This document shows, one piece after another, positions 11,755 to 25,347 of a stretch of DNA of 64,000 bases; the first letter of the stretch is position 1; each line of letters begins with the position of its first letter. Position numbers and translations under genes: made by a program. Location: the NCBI GenBank assembly GCA_946965045.2, contig OX337230.1:3968001-4032000 (forward strand), in the 5' to 3' direction. Below the pieces are notes generated by a model. The model was not told where the DNA came from. It saw nothing but the letters and a program-made list of their open reading frames with translations, and made no database searches. The DNA is from Epithemia pelagica (Eukaryota > Protista > Bacillariophyta).

Positions 11755-13346
11755 TCACACACACACACACTTGCGCGTCCACACGTGTACTACAAATTGC
11801 TGGACTGATGCGCTCTCGAATAGAGCTATTGGTCGAACTGGAGCAATCTCGTATAGTCGTCGACAAACAACTCTCGGTGGTCCTCTTCACAACGCGTTCT
11901 TCTTCATTCGATTCCCTTTGTGCCTCTTCTTCTTGTTATCTTTGTTCCAAGTCTCCGGAGAGAGTGTTCTGATCTTGTACACACACGAATTCTATTATCC
12001 GGGAGACGCCGTGTGGTGGTTGCTGTCTCGTCCTTCTTGCCAAATTCGCAACAGACAGTGGCAATCGCAAAAAGAAGAGTGCATAGAGAGAGAAAATAGA
12101 GCATGTAGACAAAGTATGCATAGCCTTTTTGTAGTAGGAGTATTCTTGCGTATTGCCATTGTAGGATGTAGAATAGGAAAGGTACTTCTATAGCCTCAGA
12201 CAGTACAGAAGTGTGACACAGTCCTACTCTATTGTACCTAGAATAGACTCTGAAGCTATTAGTACTCGTATCTCGTAAAGCTAAGTCTGTGGAATGCTAG
12301 TTGTAGATTCCAACGGACAACCCCATATCGGACAATAATAATTGGGCCATTCATCCTTCAAAAAATGGGACACTTGAGACAGAGTTTGTATCTTGATTCG
12401 GAAAGGGCATAAAAAATAATTGGTTGCGTTTCTTGTTTCGGAGAGATGTAACACGCAAAAGAGGGCAATGAGCAATGAGCAAAATGAGCACACACGATAG
12501 ACGATGGGGCTATACCATATCTCTAGATTGATTTTATTGTCCTGTGATGATTAGAAGAAAGATTGTTGATTGCCTCCTCCTGTTTTTTCGGTAGTCTACA
12601 CGTACATTTATGGACGACGATCTGATGAATTCGACTCATTGGCGACTCAAACTGAAACGGGCGGATGTTCCAGTCGATCGTCTCGTCGTCCCTTCTCATC
12701 ACTCCAGGAGTACATTCGGGGATTCCACATTTCTCTACTCTATAATATACCTAGTAGAGGGGGAAACACAGTTTGTCGCAGAACGCCATCTCGTTATGAT
12801 ACACGAGTCTCACTACTTCTCTACTACCTAGAGGAATAGTCTCTCCTCTCCACAGAATTGTGGGTCCATTACTGTTTGGTTTTGCATGTCTCGAGTCCAA
12901 AACCACTCTCTCTCTACGAAGAAGAAGAAGACGCCTTTGCGCGCATGACAGTGGGTGGTTGGTTCTTGTTGTTGTTGTTGTTGTAGTAGTAGTAGCAAAC
13001 GAGGCGGTGTGAACAAATGAGACGGATCCATTCTCCTATTCTATGGGTGTGCCGTCCACAGCAGACAGTGGAACAATCTCCAGAACTATATAATAGAGTC
13101 TTTGGAAACAAAGAAGAAGAAGCAACAGTGTGTGTTTTTTGTCTAGTACCAAACAACAAAACGTATATAGAGTAGAGAGAGAGAGAGAGAGAGAGAGACG
13201 ACCAACAGTCCTTTGGTTGGTTGGGAGCGGTGCCAAGAACCTCACGACGCGCGCGAGTCTTGTCTCGACCCGGAACCACCACCAACGATGGATCAACTAG
13301 ATTGGAAATATCCCCCTGATTTCTTCATGTCGTCCGGTCCCTGTGA

Positions 13347-14491
13347 TTACATGATGGTACAACACATGCGGTATTCGATAATTTCTGCAACCACCACCAC
13401 AACAAACGAGGACCAATACAGAAAAAAAAGAGAGAGAGAGAGAACGGCAAGTCGTAACAGCGCATAATAAGAATAGGATGAGACCACCAACCAATCATTC
13501 CCACACGCACAAAACAACAATCACACTCGAAATTCTCTACACACAACAACAACAACCACCAAAGAAACCTACCATACTCGGGATCGTTGGAAATGACGCG
13601 ATGTTGTGTGACCATGTGCGGTTCTTGTTTGGACACGAGGACGCGTTCGTATTGGACGGGTTTTTCTTCCGTCGTGTAATGCACCAAGGGTTGTTCCACA
13701 TCCGCTTCTGGATCTTGTTGTTGTGGAGGTGGCACGGACGAGGATTCCGCTTGTTGTGGTGCGGCACGGGTATCGACACCGCCTTCGGTCCCTCGCAATC
13801 GCGATTGCGACATGGCCGGAATGACTTTGGGTTCCTCTTCGGGGGCTTGTTGAGGTGGAACTGCCGCCGCTGGTGTCGATCGCAACTTGGCGTGGGCAAA
13901 GACGGGCGGTTTACGTTCCGTCACGGCTTGACTGCTGGGGGCCGGCGGTGCGACATTTTCATCGCCTTGGGCTGCGACGCGTTGTTGTCGTCGTTGAGCC
14001 ATGAGGACGGCCTGATCGGCCATGGACAAGGGTTGATTCGGTGGCGGCGGTGGTTTGGGTCGGGGTTGCGCCACGGCATCGGGGGCCTTGCGTTGTGGTG
14101 GTGCGGCGGCAGTTCCGCCGCCATTGCGTTGGGCCGCCTTGGCCAAAATGGCGGCATTCAAGGCATTCTTGCCAGTGTCGCCACCACCACCCCCAAACAA
14201 GGGATGCGGAGGTCGATTGGCCGGTGGTGCGGCCGAGGATTGAGGAGGAGCGGCAGCTGGGACCAATTTCGAAGACGAAGTAGGTTCTTGGGCCGGTCGA
14301 TCTTGATTCATGCGAGCCGCGGCCAGGGCCAATTCATTCTTGGCACCACCCCCTCCAAACAAGGGATGAACGGGTCGACCGGCTGGAGGAGCAGGAGGCA
14401 TGGCAGGAGTATCGTCGACAACTTCTTCCAAAATGGTTTGTTCTTCGTACTCTTCGTATTCTTCCTCCTCTTCGTAATATTCGTCCGCCAT
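13347..14491 (-). CDS. Proline-rich protein with WH2-like segments and C-terminal CaaX (CCTIM), 2 exons
   Basis: ATG at 14491 (MADEYYEEE). Intron 13385-13572 (GTAGGT...TTGCAG) gives ...DPEYEIIEYRMCCTIM-stop. Confidence 0.7.
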
Positions 14492-15008
14492 GCTTTGTGT
14501 GTAAGAGTGAGTTGTGGATTGGTTGGAAGGAAAGAGGAAACCGACCTTTTGGCTTGTCCCGAGTGCGGATGGATACACTCAAGTGTATTTGTGTCATGGA
14601 AAAAGTGGGAACGGATCGAAAAAGACCGTCGACCGAAAATGACTGATTGGTCATTGAGCAATGCAGGCTGGTTGGTCTTGTCCTGTCTTGGGTGGGCCTT
14701 GCGCAACTTTCGAGCGTTCTTAAATGTGAATAGTTTCAATATATTTAATGAAACGTTTGGAATACAACCGCTCGGAAAATAGACTACGCCGGGCTTCCCC
14801 CCAACAAATATCCAGCCACACCAAGAAACAGAGTTGGGTCAAGTCTCTCCCCGTTCGAACGCCCAAACAAAATTCAGTTTGACACAACATCTCAACCAAA
14901 CAAGACAGAGATTGACACACCTCCATTGAAGCTTCCCCTTTGCGGCACTTGGATTGCCTCCTCTCTTCCTCTCAATACTTTGAAAACTCGAAAGCAACAA
15001 GTGTCACC

Positions 15009-15981
15009 ATGGACGACTTTGATATGGGATTGCTGGACGACACGGCCTACATGAAGGCTGTGTTGCGGTACGTTCTTGTTTGTTGTTGTTCTTGTTGTCG
15101 TTGTTGGTGACACGTTGGTCGTCTCCAGTGGCAAATCTCTGGTTCGGTCTCTCAGTGTCCTGTCGGCACTCACTCACTCACTCACTCATTATGGATTCTC
15201 TCGTCTTCTTCTTCTTCTCCTCCTCCTCTTCCATGGTTGTGTATGTCTACTAGTCAAAAAATGTTGGGCATGTTCCCCGTCTTCATGTATCGAACCAAAA
15301 ACAAGCAAGCCGGAGAAGAATATCTGTAAGTAGTAGAGTGTCGTCGTGATTGTGGTGGTTCTATCGACCAATGGACCCGAAATGGCCTTGTGCCGAGGCA
15401 GACAGACGTGTGTTCTTCCAATTGGGGGCAAGCTCTGGACCGTGTTCACGGTAACTTACTTGTGTTTTTGTTTTTTGCTGTCTTGGTTTCGTTCTTGGTG
15501 TTTGTGCATCCATGATACTACTGACTCGTGGGGAACATGGAAACGCCATTTTTTCGTACCGACGTGGTTGGTGGGTCGATATGATTCATTGTTTTCTATT
15601 CCATTTTCCATATTCCACAGCGCCGACGAATGGAATTTGCGCAAACCGTTGAAACAATGCAGTTTGCGGGTGGAACGACGGGGCGACATTTTGTTTATCG
15701 TCTTTACCTACAAGGAAGAAGGCAGTCCACCGGCCCTGTTTGCCGTGTGCAAGGTGGATTTAATGGCCGAAAACATGACGCACTATGTCCAACCCGTGGG
15801 CGATTCCTCCCGGTACTTTGCCCTGCGTGTTTCCGATGAAGAAACGGGACGCCAAGCCATGGTCGGTTTGGGCTTTAAAGAACGAGAAGAAGCGGAAGAC
15901 TTTACCCAATGTTTGGTCAATTTTCAAACCGCCATTTCCCGAGAACGCATGGACCGAGCTGCCGAAATGGCGGATCAGTAA
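15009..15981 (+). CDS. NECAP-like PH-fold (PHear) protein, 3 exons
   Basis: Exons 15009-15067, 15254-15325 and 15621-15981 join in frame through GT-AG introns. Motifs FPVFMYR...ADEW...LFAVC...VQPVGDSSRYFALRV...VGLGFKEREEAEDF match the NECAP N-terminal domain. Confidence 0.85.
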
Positions 15982-17021
15982 CTACTATATATATACTACT
16001 AGAGAGAGAGAGAGAGGTGTACGAGTGTGTGGGAAACGACGACAAGGAACAATGGACTCGAAGGTGTCAAGCGCACAAACATATATACATACCACAACAA
16101 ACGGGAAACGCATTTGGTTTTTTCTTTTACGATGAGACTTGGTGCAAATCCCTTTGATGATACAAAACAACAACATACAAACCAAACAACAACGACACCA
16201 CACCCGAGGACGCGAGAGAGAATTGTGTAATTTTTTTAGTAGCTGTGTTCTCTGTTTTCAGAAACCAGAGTTCTGCTCGTCGTCTTTTCTGGTTCTTGTT
16301 CTTGTTGCTGTTGTCCTGCTGCAATCCTCTTCTTTGTCGATACAGCAGACTGCTTTGGGAGTCGTTTTGGGGTGCTGTCAAACCACCCACAGACAAGGGA
16401 ACTTATTTAGGAGAGTGGAATGGCGTTTGCTCCTCTCTTTAGATACTCCTTCATTATTTGACATCCACTGCATGTATTCAATCCAGAGACCCGAGAGAGA
16501 GGCGGAATGCATTTCCGATATCCACCAATAAGATAGCATCATCATCATTCTTGGATGAATCCCAGGACAAGGAGGCCAAACAACACCATCCACCAGTACA
16601 TCGTATTATACTCCCCTCCATGTATATGGTCGAGCGCTAGATACTCTACCCAAAGATCCCAACGAGCTTGGCGTCGCGTTTCGATCGCGTTGATTCGCGC
16701 ATCTTCGAAGAAGTTCCTTCCGTGACGTAGATATATCACACGTGGACCGACGACCGTGATGGATTTGCCCACAATTTCATCTGTTCGGCGGCACACACGC
16801 GCATCTTTTGTGGTGGTTCTTTTCTTTTGGTCCAGCTCGGTCGAGAGACAGTCAGCTCTCTCATTTCCCAAATCTCTCCGTCAATCACACCATCCTTTGT
16901 GTGTGGTCGGTGTGTTTTGAATGATTCATTCCTTTCGAATTGTTGTCGTTGTTGTTGAGACTTGATTGACACTCCATCCACATTATTGGTTCTCCTACAC
17001 GCAACCACAATACGCAGCATC

Positions 17022-20000
17022 ATGGCACTGGTGGCACTCTTTTTCTATACCTTGCTCATTCTGCCCTTGGCGCATCCCTTTGTCTCGGGGAGTAGTAGTA
17101 ATACAGCGGCATCCTCCTCGACCTGGAGTACAACGACTACCACAAGCCTTGCGGCGACTCCATCATCCTCATCGACGAACAGTCCCAGACGACAACCAAG
17201 ACGGAGCCGCTTGTTTGCACCCCGACGGTTGACCGAATCCCTTTCCGGAGTCGAATCTTTAAGACGACGGCAATGGTGGAGATTTCCGGGACGAACCACC
17301 CACCATGACAACAAGGACCTCACGGACGCATCCACACGAGCTGCTCCCACAGAAACAACCACCACCACAACCGCCAAAACTCTAGCGGAATTTCCCTGGT
17401 GGTCTCGGTTGCTCTTTTCGTATAGTATTCCCTTGTTGCAAACGGCCCAAGATCGTCATTTGCAAGTGGACGATGCCTTTGGCGTTCCCTCCCACCAACA
17501 AATGGAATCCTCCGTGACGCGATTGTCCGAGATTCATGCCCGTTTGCAACGCGAATCGTCGTCATCGGCAACACTCGTTCCACCATCACACCAACCACAG
17601 AAGGAACAAGCCTGGGTGTCGTCGCAAGCCTGGTTGTTGACCAAGGCCTTGATGTTGCATCAACGACGAGCCTTGATTACGACGGGATTGTTGCGACTGG
17701 TCAATACGGCCATTCAAGCCTTTCCCGCCTTGTTGGTGGCCCGCTTGTTGCGCTTGGCCGAAGCGGGCACGACCGTGCCCGCCACAAAAGCCATTCAAGC
17801 TGCACTCGCACTCGTCAGTGTCTTGTCCCTCAAAATGATGGTGGAAAATCAATACTTTCATCAAGTCGTTCAATGTGCCACAGCGGTACGAGGCTCCGTG
17901 TCGGGCCTCGTCTTTGACAAGGCCTTGGCCTTGCCCGGAGGAGGCAGTGGCGTCCGGCATCCCATGACACTGGTCGATCGCCAACAACAAACCAACAACA
18001 AGAACAACAAGAACAACAACAAGTCACTGGATCCATCGGCTGCTTCCACGACGACTGCCCCAACCACCACCACAACAACAACGACGACGACAGCACCCAT
18101 TGGTTCGGGCGGTGTCTTGAATTTGATGCAAAGCGATGCCGGCTTGTTGGAATTGGCGGCCTTGCAAATTCACACCACCTGGGATGGTTTGTTGCAATTG
18201 GCGGTCTACACGAGCTTGTTGGTCCGCGTCTTGGGACCCAGTGCCTTGTACGGCTGTGCCGTCTTGGTGGCCACCATTCCGCTCAATAGTTGGACGCTCC
18301 GGCTCTTGAATCGATTGTCCCGCTACGAGAATCAAGCCAAAGATGCCCGCACGAAACGCACCACAGAATCGATTGCCCATATGAAACTCTTGAAATTGTT
18401 TGGCTGGCAGGATAATTTTGCCCAGGACATTGAATATCATCGCCAGGAAGAATTGCAACGGCACGTGGCCCGCGGTGTCGTGCGAGCCTTGAACAGTGCC
18501 ATTTCCAATGCCGTGCCGGCGCTCGTCTTGGTGGTGACGCTGCGAGCCTATGCCCGGACGGGAGCGCCCATTGTCGCGTCCACCATTTTTACCGCCATTT
18601 CCCTCTTTCATCAATTGCGCTTTCCCCTCTTTTTTTATCCCATGCTCATTGATGCCTTGGCCAATGGACGAAATGCCATGGTCCGCATTGCCAATTTTGT
18701 CGCCACACCTGAAACGGTACCCTACGTGCAACACTTGCCGGCTGTGGAGATTGCGGCGGGGACGAATCCCCATTACAACAAGAATCAGACTGCCGCGTCC
18801 TTGTCGTCGTCCGTGGACCCATCATCCACGACGGGTGGTGGTGCCATTGCCATGCAGCATGGCAACTTTTTGTGGTCCGTATCGCAAGGAACACCCAGCA
18901 ACGACAAGAAGAATATGGATCCAACGAACCAAGACAAAGACGACAACAATGACGAGACACGGCCAGTGGTTCCATCGTCGTCGTCGATCCCCGCCTTGGC
19001 GCGTGTCAATTTCCAAGTCTCTCCCGGAGAAATGGTGGCCGTGGTCGGGTCGGTCGGTGCCGGGAAGAGTGCCTTGATCCAAGCTCTCTTGGGCGAATTA
19101 AATCCCGTTCCCAGTCTCTTAATGGAACAAGCCCTGTCCCACTCCACCGAGCCGAATGCCGCAACTACTAGTACGGACCAAACGACGACGACCCTCTTGC
19201 CGTCGCCCGACCAAAGTCCCGTCGTGACCATTCATGGAGAAGTGGCCTATTGCTCGCAAGAAGCATGGTTGCCCAAGGGTACCATTCGAGAGGCAATTAC
19301 CTTTGGTCGGGAGTACGATGAAACCCGGTATCGGGCCGCCATTCGAGATGCCGGATTGGACAAGGACATTGCCGAAGAAGCCACGAATGGTGACAACAAT
19401 GACAAGGACAATTCCCACAAGGGTCCACTCCGTCACGATACCAATGTCGGAGAACATGGATCGTCGCTGTCAGGAGGTCAACGCGCTCGTGTGGCCTTGG
19501 CCCGAGCCTTGTACGCAGCCCACGCCAAGGTATTTTTGTTGGACGATTGTTTGGCGGCCTTGGATGCCAGTGTTGGATCGACCGTCTTTGAACGCTTGTC
19601 CCAACGATTGCGATCGCAAAATGCGGCCGTCTTGTTGGTCACCAACGATCCATCCTTGCCACGACGATGCGACCGGACCATTCTCATGGGACGTGTGGAT
19701 GATGACGGGTCGTCGTCGTCGTCGTCGTGTTGTACCATTGTGGATTCGGGATCGTACGATGAACTCCTGGCTCGAGGCCATGACCTTTCCAGTTTTGCTC
19801 CCTCCGATGAAAACGACGACGACAACGACGTGGCCAATCAAAGCCACGTGACATTTGACCATGGCGGATCCAGCAAAAAGGTTTATCCGGTCACGAAACA
19901 ACAACAACAGGCCTTTCAAAGCACCAAGTCAGCAGAACCTCCCAAGTTGATGAAACTCAACAAACACAACATTATTCACGTGGGCAACAATGCCGCCGGT

Positions 20001-22512
20001 CCTTCCAATGGAACATGTGTGTCCAGTAATACATGCCATTCCAATCCAGATTCGACACTGGTTGTCATGGAAAATTGTCCCGTTACGGTATACGAAGGGA
20101 GCATGAGTGACATGGATGATGAGGAATCGGAATCGGGTAGCATTTTTGTGGATTTTTGCTACAACAACAACACGGATCCAGTGGACGTGGCAGTCCAAAA
20201 TGTCGCGGTGAATCCCAGTACACCGGTTGTTTCTGCTAGCAGCAGTGCCACCTCACCGAAAGCATCCTCGCCCAAGGCACTCAAGTCCATGGATGAATCC
20301 ATGACGACTGGAGCTGTTCCTTTTTCGACGTATGTTTCTTATTTCAAAGCGGTTCGAAAACCCTTGTTGATTGCAGCCATGCTCGTCTCTTTTTTGACCG
20401 TCAATGGCGCTCAGTTTTTCCAGCAGTACACCGTGGCTCGTTGGAGTGATGCCGCACGAGACCAAACACTCTCGGCCGCCGTTGGTGCCGGGTACATGAG
20501 ATCCCTCGTGTCGGCGGTCGGTGTAGTGTCTGTCTTCTTGTGGATTCGAAGTTTCTTGAGCATGCAAGTGGGTGTTCGAGCCTCGGAATTCCTTCATTCG
20601 CGAATGTTGTCGTCTGTGTTTGCCGCCCCCTTGTCCTTTTTTGACTCGACTGATTCTGGACAGGTACGAGCATAGTATCTACGAGACTGACTTTGTTCAT
20701 TTCACTGGTTGTCACAAATCTTACTAACTTTTCTGTCACAGCTTCTCTCGCGGTTTGGGAAAGAGACTGAGACGGTCGATCGCGGAGTTCCGGACAGTAT
20801 TCAATCGACACTTTTCTGCTTTTTGCAAATCTTCATGTCCATGGGGGCACTGACAGGAGTCATTAGCCCAGCCATGCTGTTTCCCTTGGTGACGGTTGGG
20901 TTCTTGTATGCCAGGACCATGTCGCTCTTCCGACCCGCAGCTCGAGACTTGAAGCGGGCCGAAGCAAAGACGCGATCACCAATCTACACTCACTTTGGCG
21001 AAGCTCTCCGTGGTGCGGAAACGATTCGTTCCATCCCTGGTGCCAAGAGAACCTGGTCTAGTATGCATCGATCTCTCACGGACGCGAACCTGGGAGTGTT
21101 CTATACGGTGAAAGCCTTGGATAGATGGTTGTCGACTCGATTGGAGACGCTTGGTAACGTTGTTGTCCTTATGGTGGCAATGGCATCCATTTATTTGACT
21201 CGTACAGATCGGTTGGGAGCCGGCTCTGCCGGATGGGGCTTGACACAGGCCTTGTCCGTTACTGGATTGTTGACCTGGGCTGTTCGTTGTTTAACGGATC
21301 TCGAAACCAATATGATGAGCGTTTTGCGTGTGAATGAATTGACGAATGTAGATGCCGAAGAACAAAAAGACAAAAAGTCCTCTTTACCAACACAGTCGCT
21401 CATGCCCCGTGAACCGGCAAACGCCGGAGAGGCATTGGCGCCTTTGATACCCAATCCACAGTTTAAAGCTGCTCTGGCGCCGTCGAGTCCCGAAGCGTTG
21501 TTAAAGAGTGGATGGCCATGGCGTGGAAACATTCGATTCAAGAATGTATCCATGAGATACAATCCTACTGCTCCATTGGTTCTCCGAAATGTGTCTTTGA
21601 CTGTTCCAGCTGGAACGACACTTGGTGTTGTGGGGAGAACTGGGTCAGGAAAGAGCAGCCTGCTTCTGACAGGTAAGTGTTCCTAAATTGGCACAACTGT
21701 GTGAATCCCGCAGTGCTGCCATCAATGTATGCGTCTTGCTGGAGGATTCTGACAAACTCTTCTTGTTCTTTAATCACGCAGTCTTTCGAATCATGGAGAT
21801 TGAACCAGATGGCAGTATTGAAATCGATGGAGTTGACATTCGTGCCTTGAGCTTAAAAACACTCCGACAGTCGTTGGCCATTATTCCACAGGACCCAACC
21901 TTGTTTCAGGGAACGGTCGCATCGAATTTGGATGCCACGGGAGTTGCCAACGAACAAGACATGTGGACTGCACTACAAGCCGCCTCACCGGCCTTGGCTC
22001 GACAATTTCGAGACGACGCGGGGTTGGAAAGCATTATTACGGAAGGTGGAAAGAACTTGAGTCAAGGCCAACGTCAACTCATTTGCTTGGCCCGTGCCCT
22101 TTTGCGTAAAAGTAAGATTCTTGTTTTGGATGAGGCCACATCCAGTGTGGATTCCAAAACCGACCAAGAAGTGCAAGCCACGATTCGCCGCGAATTTGTC
22201 GACAAGGGAGTCACAGTCATTACTGTGGCACATCGACTCGACACGGTCTTGGGCTATGACAATATTGCCGTGCTGGGAGGAGGATCCGTGTTGGAATATG
22301 GGTCTCCCAAACAATTGTTGCAAAACCCCAACGGTGAATTGCGTCAGTTGGTGGAAGCCGATCGGGAAAGTAAGCGCAAAGGAGCCCAAACGACGAATGC
22401 TGGTGGTCCCACAATCCAACACGAAACAGCCCAGTCGACCGAACCAAACATTCGAGTCAATACCAACAATAACAGCAAGTCGCTGAAGACGGCTCGTTCT
22501 AGTCCAAGTTGA
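17022..22512 (+). CDS. ABC transporter, subfamily C (MRP-like), 3 exons, with putative bipartite plastid presequence
   Basis: Two TMD-NBD units: GSVGAGKS/LSGGQ/LLDD and GRTGSGKS/LSQGQ/VLDEATSSVD. Introns 20664-20741 (TACTAAC branch point) and 21673-21781 restore the frame. Confidence 0.93.
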
Positions 22513-23330
22513 GCTCTGCCGTCATTTTTTCAGCCTTTATCATGTCTGCCGAGTTGAAGTACGGAAAACCAAAGCATGGATAGTTGTCCATCAGGAAACG
22601 ATAATGAAAGGGGAAAAAGTCAAAGGGTCGTGGATCATTCTCGTGTCGACTCTGGAATCGCAGGCGGTCTATCAACGACTACAAGACCGTCCCGGGAGAA
22701 CCACGATCATCATTCCCACCACCACATAATAACAACAACCTTCTTGGATCCCTGGAACAAAAGAACCCTTCCTCCTGTGGGGGATATTTGTCCCGGGAAT
22801 CGCGCCCATTGTGTGGGGTTCCAGGAGCATCGTAGACTATCCGATGACTAATAGGTGTACATAAAGAGGACGAATCTACGGGACAAATAGCTATGCAGAA
22901 GCAGTATAGACGTTCTCAACGGGAACATAGACGTGTTGTCATGGTGGAGGCGATCGATCAAGTTTGTGATTCCCAGTACTACCTCTTTCTGATAGCTTGC
23001 AAGATATCGGCCTTTTTGCATGATCAATCAAGGCGAGCATGGAAGGAACGACACTACCTATAGAAGGAATCCCCTCGTTTCATCGTTCGACAGTCAATTT
23101 GTGTTTGCGACAAAGTCACAATGAAAGTTCCTTTTCCAAGTCAACTCCAACGGAGGCGAACAACAAACCTCCATTTCGGTTTCGTTCCAATTATGGATAG
23201 TTACCGACAACTACATACAAAAACCTAGAATAACCCAGATATCTCAAGCTCTGCGTGATGGTTGCGATTGCATACAAACACACACACGTGTGTGCCAGAG
23301 GTAGAAACGCTCCACTCTATACAATACTTC

Positions 23331-25180
23331 TTACTTTTCGTACACGGGATCCCAGAGCCAGAGATTAATGAGCCACTTTTCTCCTTGAGTGACGGGTTCG
23401 GCGGCATGATGGGAATAATCGTCCATATTGCCATCGGGCAATTGGGAATAAAACAAGACGGCCTTGCCAACTTCGGGTTTGACTTCGAGTTTGTGAAAGG
23501 TTTCGCCATTGACGTAGCGGGGAAAGGTGGTGGCCCCGCCCTCCACGTCGTCATTCAAGTACAAGAGCAAGGTCGAAAAGCGGGCCGCTTGTTGGTCTTC
23601 TTCAATGCGGGAAAAACCAAAATCGTGATGGGCAGTATATTCTTGACCCTTTTCGTAATGGACCAATTGTAAATGTTCCGCGAGCGATCGTCGACCGACA
23701 ATGTCGGGTCGTTCGTCGGCATCGCGGACCCGCATGAGGGCTTCATCGACGCGTTGCAAATCGGCGGCTCGTCGATAAATGGCATCCACAATTAGAGATT
23801 CTTCCCGCGGCACCCAGGAATTAAAACTGGTGCGGGTCCGACGACTGTCTTCGTTCCGATCGGCGCCATCGCCATCGCCGGTACTGCTCTGTTTCAAATT
23901 GGCGGCTCCGGCAATGTCCAAAATGTGCGCCACTTCAACGGGCGACAAGAAATTGCGAATTTCAAAGGCCCGCGGTGCCACCGACAAGACTTTGAGCGTC
24001 ATGTTGAGAATGGCTGAGGACGCATCGCGATACTCGGACAAGGCCACGGGATCCTGGTCCGACAATTTCCGGGCCTTGCCTTGGGTCGTAATCTTGGCCA
24101 AGTCGGACGGTGGTGGCAATTCGACAAAGTGTGTTTCCCGAGTCGTGGCCCAATGTTCCTGACCAAAATAATCCGCACCTATATAGAGTATGCATTGAAC
24201 CGAATAGAGAATCATCCAGCAAAAAGAGAACAACGACAAACTCGATGTGAGAAAAACAAACCGACACCACCACTGGGCAGAACACCATTTTCCGCAAAAA
24301 TAAAACACGTACGCCACATGTGATGAATGGGAGGAGCGCGAAGGTAGTTGGAAAGATAGGAACGGCCTGTCAAAACGAAGAGGGAAAGAAGGAGAGAGAA
24401 AGAGGGAGGGATACGATCAAGGAGAAGTATCGTATCGGAACAAAAAAAGGCAAGCCCAAAAGAGTGAATGAGAGATTTCCTCCATGTCCTGAGCCAATAG
24501 TCATGGTCACCAACACTCCACCTACCTGTCGCATTGCGATAAAATTCATTGAACCGCAACGTCTTTTGCCACTTGTCGTAGAGCCGACGTTCCTCTGCCG
24601 TCAAGACTTTGAGATTTTCGGCCGTTTGGACCGGATCATCCGGCACCGTCAAGGGATCGTAGACGTAGATATTTTCGGGATACTCTTGGACAAGCAAAAA
24701 GGTCAAGATTTGCGTCGGATCGTTGGGTTTGGTAAAGTAAAATCGATGCGTCGGAAAGGACGCGGTTCCCGATGCCGTAAAGGGTTTGTGCAATCGCATG
24801 GGATGCATGGTACCCCCTTCGCGATCTTCCCAATACAAGGATACCTTGTCCGGGCTCAAATTGATAAATTTGGCTTGAAAGCCATTGAATTTGGGTGTCA
24901 CCTTGGTTGTTGAGGGAGGATCTTGCAATTGATAAAAACTAGCAATGTCGGGTTCCACATAGACCATGGTCGTTTCCGGTCCTTGACCAATGTCAAAGGT
25001 CATTTCCTGCAAGGCTGGATCTTGGTCGTCCTCTTTGGTCCACGAACACTCCAAGGCCGTCGGAATCTCCGCCTGTACCACCCCTGGATGCCAACATGAC
25101 AGGAATAGTAGCACAAGGATACTAGTAGAAACCCCCATTGACGACGAGAACCTGTGCGAGGCATTCATCCTTCTCATCAT
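23331..25180 (-). CDS. Prolyl 4-hydroxylase alpha-like 2OG-Fe(II) oxygenase, secreted, 3 exons
   Basis: FLSPVEVAHI, LQLVHYEKGQEYTAHHDF, TLLLYLND...GGATTFP, GKAVLFY, HAAEPVTQGEKWLINLW (HxD...H plus K). N-terminal signal peptide; GT-AG introns link the two ORFs. Confidence 0.9.
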
Positions 25181-25347
25181 GGTCCCAGAGTACAGACAAT
25201 CCTTTTTTCGGATCGGAAATTACATGAGAGATCAAAAGAGAGAGAAAAAAAGACTTCTCCAAAAGTGTGACCGTCGTGACCGTGACGGCAGTGTACGCTT
25301 CATCGGTAACAATACTGGTCGCTCTTTAATAATGTAAACATTGGTGA

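Noticed and set aside
12900-13200. (AG)n, (GTT)n and (AGA)n microsatellites (also near 5040, 13430 and 16000)
   Set aside because: Ordinary simple repeats typical of UTRs and introns in this genome.
16139-16871. Short ORFs between the NECAP and ABCC genes
   Set aside because: No motifs or coherent splice model; probably UTR or promoter sequence.
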